Assembly: GCA_938091905.1 (NCBI GenBank)
Contig: CALKOM010000040.1
Coordinates: 1-60,962 of the forward strand
Source: an uncultured Verrucomicrobiales bacterium
GTDB taxonomy: Bacteria > Verrucomicrobiota > Verrucomicrobiia > Verrucomicrobiales > DEV007
Length of the DNA stretch: 60,962 bases
Direction of reading: 5' to 3'
Shown one piece after another: positions 38,841-46,810 of this stretch; position 1 is the first letter of the stretch; every line of letters begins with the position of its first letter. Made by a program: the position numbers and the translations under genes. The notes beneath the pieces were generated by a model. That model did no database searches, was not told the origin of the DNA, and saw only the letters and a list, made by a program, of their open reading frames with translations.

Positions 38841-39869
38841 AGTAGCAGCGCGCGACTGTCTCACGGAAAGGGGAGATCAGCAAGTGACTGGGAAGCGCAC
38901 TTGGCGGGGGATGTCCTGAAGCATGTTTCGCGATCTTTCTACATCACGCTACAGCTTCTTCCCAAGCGTGTACGCGGTCCTATTTGCTTGGGCTATTTGC
39001 TAGCGCGGACATCGGATACGATTGCGGATACAGAGAGCGTTGCTGCGGCAGAACGGTTGAACTTTCTTCAGCGCTTTGACGCGGCCGTGAAGGGCGACGA
39101 AGACGTATCCGAGCTTCATGTTGCCTTGCAGAATCAGTTCCAACCACTGCAAACAGATCCGGGAGAAACCAAGCTTCTCGATCATACAGAGGAGGCCTTT
39201 CATTGGTTAGGGGCGGTCTCAGATTATGAACAGGAAGTCACCCGTGCGGTTCTTGATGAGATTCTCTTGGGCCAGCGTCTCGATTGCGAACGCTTTGGTG
39301 ATCCTGGTGTATTGAGGCATTTGCCCGGTTCTTGCGAACTTGAAGAATACACCTATCTTGTCGCTGGTTCTGTCGGTGTCTTCTGGACACGTCTGTGCTT
39401 TCATCACTGGGATAAGTTCGCAGACGAATCGCAAGAAACGATGCTCGGTTGGGCCAAGAGCTATGGTCGCGCCCTGCAGCTGATCAATGTCTTGCGCGAT
39501 CTCCCGAAAGATTTGGAGAATGGGCGTTGTTACATACCGATTCCCGGCGCGCAAGAAGGTGTGCAGCCTTCATCGGAGGAATTGATCGACGTGTCACGAG
39601 GTTGGGAGGAACGCTGCCAAGAGCAATTGGAAGAAGCCATGTGCTACTGCCAGGCCGTGCGTCCTGTTCGCCTTCGCTATGCTACGGTGATTCCGCTCCT
39701 GTTAGCGGAGCGTACACTCGCCTATTTGAGACAGGCTTCGTGGGAAACCCGGAAACAAGGGATCAAGGTCTCCAGGGATGAAGTGAAGACGATTTTGAAA
39801 CGTGGGTTGGTTGCGAATCTTCGTCGGAAACGGCTCAGAGCGTATGCAATAGAACTGCGGGAAGTCTAG
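38826..39869 (+). CDS. Squalene/phytoene synthase family protein (start uncertain)
   Basis: VSRSF, YLLARTSDTIAD, YTYLVAGSVG and LQLINVLRDLPKDLENGRCY. Possible starts are 38826 and TTG 38901. Confidence 0.88.
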   Translation: MADDHSSSARLSHGKGRSASDWEAHLAGDVLKHVSRSFYITLQLLPKRVRGPICLGYLLARTSDTIADTESVAAAERLNFLQRFDAAVKGDEDVSELHVALQNQFQPLQTDPGETKLLDHTEEAFHWLGAVSDYEQEVTRAVLDEILLGQRLDCERFGDPGVLRHLPGSCELEEYTYLVAGSVGVFWTRLCFHHWDKFADESQETMLGWAKSYGRALQLINVLRDLPKDLENGRCYIPIPGAQEGVQPSSEELIDVSRGWEERCQEQLEEAMCYCQAVRPVRLRYATVIPLLLAERTLAYLRQASWETRKQGIKVSRDEVKTILKRGLVANLRRKRLRAYAIELREV

Positions 39870-40601
39870 TCCTCCCAATGGCTGGTTAGATGGGCTGAGC
39901 GTGTTTTGAGCCATTCTTACTCGAAGCCGGTAACGGAGGATCTCTTTGCTTCCTTGCGCTGTATCAATTTTTTAGTGAATGCGACCTTCGGCATCAGTGG
40001 AGAGTTTATTAGAATCCTCGGTGATCCGTTTGCACGGCAGCTTCAGCTCCGGGCTTTTCCGGAGCTCAACCGCTAAGCTGATGTAGTTAGTGATAGGAGC
40101 AACTTTCTCGAGCAAAGGGCTTATGAATCACGCCAAAATCTTAACCTGTATTCTTTGGTCGGTCGGCCCAAGACTTGAGAAGCGGGCTCACCTCTCTGCG
40201 GGCTTCTGACGATGCAGGAGCAGGCGTAGCCTGTGGCGTCGTTATATGGGATGGGTTTCGTTCGAATCGATGTTCATCAACGGGATTGGCAAGTGGGAAG
40301 ATGATATGGGTGTCGGACGCCGAGGCTATTGGTGAATCTGATGGCTCTTAAAACGCAAAGAAAAGGAGTATGGAAAGTCGGCGGTTGGAGCAAGGTGTGA
40401 AAATAGTCCATGTTAGTTTTCCTGGTGAGAGCCTAGCAAATGAGGCGCTCGCCTTCGAGGTTGCCAAGTGAGAGTCGATTACTGAAAGAGTGAAGGCTCA
40501 AACTACACGCCCAGCTTCTGTATGGAGGTTATTATGACACGTGGAAATGAATGCTCTCCGTTCTTCTCATCTCAGTAAAGAGATCCAGGGCAGCGGTAGC
40601 C

Positions 40602-41387
40602 CTAAGGCGTAAGCAAGACGACGGCACTCTCAAAAATGGGCCATTTGGCGTGGAGATTGAGCTCCTTGGGTGCCTCAAGATCGAGGGCTTCTTCTTTCGT
40701 AACGATTTTGTCAGCGTAAGCCAGTGAGATCGCAGTGATAGAAAGGCGGTCTTCTGGAAGGTGCGCAACGTGGAGGATAGACGCAAGGTCGCCTCCGCGC
40801 ATGATGTTCAGGGTGTCACCGGGTTTGTATGGGTTGGTGAATGTGCCAGGAATGGGGAGGAGATATTCGAGAACGGTATTTGGGAACTCTTTGGAAAACG
40901 CGCGCAAGGCGAGCCCTGGAAAGAGATCTTCGTCACCAAGGGGGCGAGTCTCGATAATCTCAAACTCTCCTGTGACATACCCTAGCATCTTGCCGTCTGT
41001 GTAATTCTGAACGTAGAGACGCTTCTGGGTGTCACTTATGGTGGCAAGTTGTTCGTCGGGTCGCCCGGAGAGCCTGTCGAAGAGCGCTCGTGCATCGAGG
41101 AAACTGCTTCGTTTCGCACCTGATTTGGGCGGCTTACTGGAGGTGAATCTTTGGATATCTTCCAGTTTCCCGATCTTTCTCAGAATATCGTAATTTAAGG
41201 GAATGTGAGGGTTTCTGAAGATGTAGGCTGGGACGACCCAAGCAAAGATGGTCATCGCGCTGAGAAAGAGGATCAGAAGAATCCAAGCGAGTAGATTGAC
41301 GCTTGCCGTTTCCTGGGGATTTCCGTCACGGGCGTAGCCATAGGGTGATCGGGAGCGCGTTCCTCGGATGTGACTGCCTCGCGCCAC
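40602..41387 (-). CDS. Hypothetical membrane-anchored protein
   Basis: 261-aa ORF with one N-proximal TM, 2 nt downstream of the iscA-like gene. Confidence 0.8.
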   Translation of the reverse strand: MARGSHIRGTRSRSPYGYARDGNPQETASVNLLAWILLILFLSAMTIFAWVVPAYIFRNPHIPLNYDILRKIGKLEDIQRFTSSKPPKSGAKRSSFLDARALFDRLSGRPDEQLATISDTQKRLYVQNYTDGKMLGYVTGEFEIIETRPLGDEDLFPGLALRAFSKEFPNTVLEYLLPIPGTFTNPYKPGDTLNIMRGGDLASILHVAHLPEDRLSITAISLAYADKIVTKEEALDLEAPKELNLHAKWPIFESAVVLLTP

Positions 41388-41389
41388 GG

Positions 41390-41794
41390 CTAGTTTGCAG
41401 TGGCTGGGGATTCATCGGACCCCTCACTGCCGCAGACGGAGCCGTCTAAAGAGGGGTCGTAAGATGGCGTCGCCCCTTCCTCGGCGGGCTCAAATGAGGT
41501 GCCGCATCCGCAGCTGCGGGCAGCGTTGGGGTTGGTGATTTTAAAACCAGAATCTGTGAGGGCATCCGAGAAAGCGAGTTCAGAGCCGCTCAGGAAAGTT
41601 AGGCTCTCAGGATCCACCACGACACTGCCGCCATTAGTCTCGAGGATGTGATCTCCTTCTTGCGGCTCATCTAACTTCATGCCGTATTGATGACCGGCAC
41701 AGCCACCCTTCTGCACGAGAAGCCGCAAGGCCTTCCCACTATCCCCAAGGAGATTCTTCAGTTCTGCCGCCGCAGCGTCCGTCACCGTGATCAT
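41390..41794 (-). CDS. iscA: HesB/IscA (A-type) Fe-S carrier
   Basis: GGCAG and NPNAARSCGCGTSF. Confidence 0.92.
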   Translation of the reverse strand: MITVTDAAAAELKNLLGDSGKALRLLVQKGGCAGHQYGMKLDEPQEGDHILETNGGSVVVDPESLTFLSGSELAFSDALTDSGFKITNPNAARSCGCGTSFEPAEEGATPSYDPSLDGSVCGSEGSDESPATAN

Positions 41795-41897
41795 TTGGGG
41801 AGCGTAAGCCGGGCCTGCTCCCGGTCAAGGGCTTGCAGAACCGTCTCGAGGCAGTCGTTGCTTTTCCAAAACTACTCCCTAAGGTCTCTCCCTTCCA

Positions 41898-43217
41898 ATG
41901 ACCACGAGCACAGAAACGCCACAGACAACTCAGGATCTTTTCGAGCAATACGTCGCCCCAACGTATGGGCGCTTCCATATGGCTCCCGTCCGAGGCCAGG
42001 GGTGTTGGTTGTGGGATGAGGCAGGGAAGAAATACCTCGATTTCGGAGGCGGCATTGCCGTCTGTTCGCTTGGCCATGCGCATCCTCGGCTGGCGGGAGC
42101 GATTCAGGCCCAGGCGGCATCGCTGATCCATTGTTCGAACCTTTATCAGATGCCAGCTCAGGGGAAGTTGGCCAAGCTCTTGGTGGAGGGAGTGATGCAG
42201 ATGCCTGGCAAGGTCTTCTTCAGTAATAGTGGGGCAGAAGCCAATGAGGGGCTCTATAAGTTAGCTCGCCGTTATGGCACGCTCACACCTAAAGCCAATG
42301 GTGAGGCGAGGATTGAGGTCATTACGTTTGAGAATTCGTTCCACGGGCGGACACTCGCGGGGATTGCAGCGACCGGGCAGGAGAAAGTGAAATCGGGCTT
42401 TGGTCCACTCATGGAAGGCTTTCAGCATGTTCCCTATAATAATGTTGAGGCACTGAAGGCTGCGGTGAACGAGAACACAGTGGCGATTATGCTAGAACCC
42501 GTCCAAGGGGAAGGTGGCATCAATGTCGCATCGCCCGAGTTTCTGCGAACGACTAGAGATTTATGCCAGAAGCATGATCTTCTCTTCTTTCTGGATGAAA
42601 TTCAATGCGGCGTTGGCCGGACGGGCCATCTGCGTGCTTGGGAGACAGCGCTTGGTGAATCGCCCGAATCGGCAGGGATCATTCCCGATGCCGTGAGTTG
42701 GGCTAAAGGGATGGGCGGAGGCTTTCCCTTTGGGGCAATCTGGCTGCGCAATGCGACACGATCGAGTGTTCGTGAACCGATTTGCGATTTGTTAGGCCCT
42801 GGTTCTCACGGAACCACCTATGGAGGTGCGCCGCTGGCTTGCGCTGCGGTCACAGCCGTGATGGAAGAAATCCTTGAGAACGACCTGGCAGGTCATTCGG
42901 CTGCCATGGGGAACTACCTTCGAAAGAAGCTCCAGGAGGCAGAATTACCATTCGTCAAGGACGTGCGGGGCCTCGGATTGATGATTGGGATAGTCGTTGA
43001 TCAAGACGCGGTGATGGCCTTGTCTGCGTGTGAAGAGTCGGGGTTGGTCCCGTCTCTCTTTCTTGTGGGAGCACTGAACAAGGCTAAGTTGCTTACCGTG
43101 CCGGCTGGAGCGGATGTCGTTCGTCTCTTGCCTGCCCTCAACGTAACAGAGGCAGAGATCGATACTGCCGTCTTCATGTTGAAGACAACCTTTGAGAAAC
43201 TGGTTGCCACGAATTAG
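41898..43217 (+). CDS. argD: Acetylornithine aminotransferase
   Basis: FSNSGAEANE, SFHGRT, EPVQGEGG, DEIQCGVGRTG and AKGMGGG. Adjacent to argF. Confidence 0.93.
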   Translation: MTTSTETPQTTQDLFEQYVAPTYGRFHMAPVRGQGCWLWDEAGKKYLDFGGGIAVCSLGHAHPRLAGAIQAQAASLIHCSNLYQMPAQGKLAKLLVEGVMQMPGKVFFSNSGAEANEGLYKLARRYGTLTPKANGEARIEVITFENSFHGRTLAGIAATGQEKVKSGFGPLMEGFQHVPYNNVEALKAAVNENTVAIMLEPVQGEGGINVASPEFLRTTRDLCQKHDLLFFLDEIQCGVGRTGHLRAWETALGESPESAGIIPDAVSWAKGMGGGFPFGAIWLRNATRSSVREPICDLLGPGSHGTTYGGAPLACAAVTAVMEEILENDLAGHSAAMGNYLRKKLQEAELPFVKDVRGLGLMIGIVVDQDAVMALSACEESGLVPSLFLVGALNKAKLLTVPAGADVVRLLPALNVTEAEIDTAVFMLKTTFEKLVATN

Positions 43218-43261
43218 GGGCCAGGTCTCACATTCACACTTATCTTAAGCTATCTTCTCAG

Positions 43262-44179
43262 ATGAAGCATTTCTTATCTATTCAAGATCTCTCGGCTGAT
43301 CAACTGATCGACCTTGTCAATTTGGGCGATGAGCTGAAGGCGAATCGCCATGTTAATCCTGGCAGTTTTACGCCATTGGCACATCAGTGCTGGGGCCTTA
43401 TCTTCACAAAGTCCTCTACTCGCACGCGAGTGAGCTTTGAGATTGGAGTACGTGAGCTAGGCGGCGCTGTGATGTTTTTGTCGGATCGTGATCTCCAGTT
43501 AGGTCGCGGAGAACCGATCGAGGATACGGCCCGTGTATTGGGAAGGATGCTCCACGGCATCATCATTCGTACGGATGGCCACGATACCATTTCTCGCTTT
43601 GCGGAAATGAGCGGCATTCCAACGATCAACGCGTTGGACGACGATGAGCATCCGTGTCAAATACTGGCCGATCTGTTGACCATCAAAGAGAAGTTAGGCT
43701 CCTGGGAAGGCTGTAAGGTGATCTTTGCTGGCGATACCGATTGTAACGTGGCCCGTTCCTGGATGTGGGCAGCCGAGCGGCTTGGGTTCCAACTTGTTCT
43801 GGCGGGGCCTGAGGAGTTTCTGCCTTCGGCTGAGTATCTTAAGGGGTTTAAGTCTGGCAATGTCCAAACGGAAACTGATCTCAAAGCTGCAGCAAGGAAT
43901 GCGGATGTCCTTTACACGGATGTCTGGGTGAGCATGGGGAAAGAAGAAGAGGCGACTAGCCGCCTCGATACGCTGAAGCCTTATCAGATAAACCAAGCGA
44001 TTGTAGATTTGGCCAAGCCGGAAGCTCTAGTGATGCATTGTCTGCCTGCCTATCGCGACAAGGAAATCACAGCAGAGGTGCTGGAGAGGCACGCCGATAC
44101 GATCTTTCAGGAAGCTGAGAATCGTCTTCATGCGCAGAAGGCGGTGCTAGTGAGGCTTGCCGAAGGGCGGAGTCAGTAA
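43262..44179 (+). CDS. argF: Ornithine carbamoyltransferase
   Basis: SSTRTR, HPCQILAD, TDVWVSMG, MHCLP and AENRLH. Confidence 0.97.
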   Translation: MKHFLSIQDLSADQLIDLVNLGDELKANRHVNPGSFTPLAHQCWGLIFTKSSTRTRVSFEIGVRELGGAVMFLSDRDLQLGRGEPIEDTARVLGRMLHGIIIRTDGHDTISRFAEMSGIPTINALDDDEHPCQILADLLTIKEKLGSWEGCKVIFAGDTDCNVARSWMWAAERLGFQLVLAGPEEFLPSAEYLKGFKSGNVQTETDLKAAARNADVLYTDVWVSMGKEEEATSRLDTLKPYQINQAIVDLAKPEALVMHCLPAYRDKEITAEVLERHADTIFQEAENRLHAQKAVLVRLAEGRSQ

Positions 44180-44319
44180 GATACCTGGGTTAAACATCAC
44201 TGGGTTGCGTAGTTTTGCTATCTGTTTGGCGAACCCTCCTGAACTGAGAGTAATACTTCATTTGCCCACGAGGCGAGTCCCTTTGTATCATTCCAGATAA
44301 CTCCTCAACTCAACCCAAC

Positions 44320-46227
44320 TTGAACATCTATAAGAACCTCATACTCAAATTCGGGGCGACAGTCGTCGGACTTGGCCTTGCTCTCTCGATAGCTCAGGCC
44401 CAAACCGTCACCATCCTTGAATCTTTTGAAGACGGCGTCGACAGCGTCGTCTCTAGCGGCAATCGTGCGGATGATGCATTCCAAATCGCGGAGTATACGC
44501 GTGATGGTGCGGACGATACGAAAGTGACAGATGGCGATAAAGCGCTCAAACTAACACTGATTGGAGACTATGGTTGGGGTAATGATGCCGAGCTGACTTT
44601 CTCCGATGAAGCAAGTGCTCTATTGAAACAGGCCTGGACGTCGAAGGCTTAGGGACGTTACCTGCTCCGATATGATGTTGAGTTTCCCACAGTAGGCGTG
44701 AACTGGGGCAATTTCATGGCGCATATCAATGGTTGGGACTATGCCCAGCTTGAAGCTGGTGGAGCTGCCAATCGCTCGATGTCACAGCCGCTCGATTTGG
44801 TGACGGCGGATCTCGCTGCCGAAGGCCCCGTGACGCTGGCCATCATTGACCAATACGGTATCGAGGGAGGAACGGAATCAATTGATGTCTTCATAGACAA
44901 CTTCCGGCTTGTTGACACATATGTGAGTGGCGCGGTTCCTGAAGTCACCGTTCTGAATGGTTTTGAAAGTCAGGCGGACGTGGACTTGATCGTGCCGGTC
45001 TCTGAACGCTACACCGTTGCCCTGCATGAAAAGACTGGCGCAGATGATCTTGCGGTCACGGAGGGCAACAGCTCGTTGGAAATCACGTTCACCGCAGGTG
45101 GTGGCTGGACGCGAGATTTTACCATCCCTTTCAAAGGCACGATCATGGAATCGATCGCCCGGATTCCACAGGGAGATCGTGGCCGTTACACATTCCGGAT
45201 GGACGTGATCTTCTCTGCTCTTGAGGACGGCGATTGGCCGGGCAATTGGCAGAACTTCATCCCGCGCGAGGCGGGTGGTGGAGCGCTGAACTTCGCCATG
45301 CATCGATTGGGGGGCGATCAACATGTCCGAACCTATAGCCTGCCGCTGGATCAGGCCCTTCTCACGCCTAATGCCCCGGACAACCCCGACGATGTGAACC
45401 CTGGACTTTCTTTTGTCAATCAGGGTGCTTGGGGAGATGGCGGTATGACTTTGCACTATGACAATCTTCGAATCATTGATACGGGCAAAGCGCCTCTCGA
45501 AATCGGTAATCTCACTTTAAACAGTGACGGCGGCGGTGTTGATATCAGCTGGGCTTCGTCACCTGCTCAAGCTTACGGCATCTCAGTCTCTAACGATCTT
45601 ACTGATTGGACGGAGCTGGCCACGGATATTCTTGGAAGCCAAACCAGCAATACGACGACCTACACCGCCGCTGTGGAGGACCTCGCAGGTCAGGAATTCT
45701 ACCGCGTCTTTGTTTCTGGTGCGGCGCCACCGTTGAACGAAGGTTTTGAGGATGGAGTGCCTGGTTGGACAATTTCAACAGGAGCGAGCCATGAAGGAGA
45801 AGTGACCTGGGAGGTTGGAGAGCCCACGAATGGTCCGGGAGCGGCCAAGACGGGTAGTAGCGCCGCTGGCACGGATCTCGATGCTGACTACACGAGTGGC
45901 ACCTGGGTGATTTACAGTTCTCCAGAAGTAAGCCTTGGCCCAATTCTCAAGCCTCTGCTAACATTCTCATACTTTCTCGATGTGGGTGAAGTCTCTGCTG
46001 GTCGCGTAAACATTTTCGGATCGGACGGCTCAGAGTTTTACGCGCCCTCGACACCTGACGAAGAACTGTTCTTTGTCGAAGGCACTGAGGGTTGGCAAGA
46101 AGCGACCTTTGATCTGACCTCTGTGGCCGGAGGTCAGAAAGTGATCCTCCAGTTTGAGTTCATTGGTAACGGAACTGGAGCCAGTTTCTTCATCGACGAT
46201 GTGCTGATTGAAGACGCATCCGAGTAG
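44320..46227 (+). pseudogene. Secreted multi-beta-sandwich repeat protein interrupted by one in-frame TAG
   Basis: ORFs 44320-44652 and 44698-46227 share a frame. The junction reads SKA*GRYLLRYDVEF and matches the second repeat GDRGRYTFRMDVIF. Signal peptide present. Confidence 0.85.
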
Positions 46228-46253
46228 TTCCTTCTAAGCGATTGATTCAACTG

Positions 46254-46294
46254 AAACGCCCCGTTCTGCAAAGCAGAGCGGGGCGTTTTTATTT
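46254..46294 (+). terminator. Rho-independent terminator
   Basis: AAACGCCCCGTTCTGC-AAA-GCAGAGCGGGGCGTTT followed by TTATTT, between convergent genes. Confidence 0.9.
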
Positions 46295-46337
46295 AAAATG
46301 TTTGTTAGGCTTGCACGAAGCCTAAAGGTTAGCAGCC

Positions 46338-46757
46338 TCAGCCACCACCGCCGCCCTCACCACCGCAGCAGCCGGACTCGGCATTCATCTCATCGACTGA
46401 GGGGACTCGACCTAATTGAAGCGTCTGTTGCAAGAGTTTGGTCACCGTGCTGAAAGTGCCATTCATTTGAGACTCGGCTTCGGCAAAGTCGGAGGCGATC
46501 TCATTCTTCATCACCGTTTCGCGTAAGGCTTCCATCTGCTTGATATCATCATCGTTTGGCTGAAGACCTTCATGGCTCATGCGGTGAAGTTCTTGGCCCT
46601 TCTCCTGCCAAGCCCGGTAGACTGCTTGAGCTTCGGCATTCTCTAAGAACGCTTCAATGTGACCGCGCGCAGCGGCAAACTCAGGCTGATCGACGATGAA
46701 CTGGCAGAGTTCGCGCGATTTCGTATCAATTGTCGGGGTATCTAAAAGATTTTCCAT
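46338..46757 (-). CDS. YlbF/Com_YlbF-family regulator with Cys/Gly-rich tail
   Basis: Helical 139-aa ORF (ELCQFIVDQPEF...) ending SGCCGGEGGGG-TGA-GC-TAA. Confidence 0.75.
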   Translation of the reverse strand: MENLLDTPTIDTKSRELCQFIVDQPEFAAARGHIEAFLENAEAQAVYRAWQEKGQELHRMSHEGLQPNDDDIKQMEALRETVMKNEIASDFAEAESQMNGTFSTVTKLLQQTLQLGRVPSVDEMNAESGCCGGEGGGGG

Positions 46758-46810
46758 GAGGTTCGTTAGCCTGGGTTCGGAGTGAACGCAAGCGGGCTTG
46801 GCTCTGGCAC

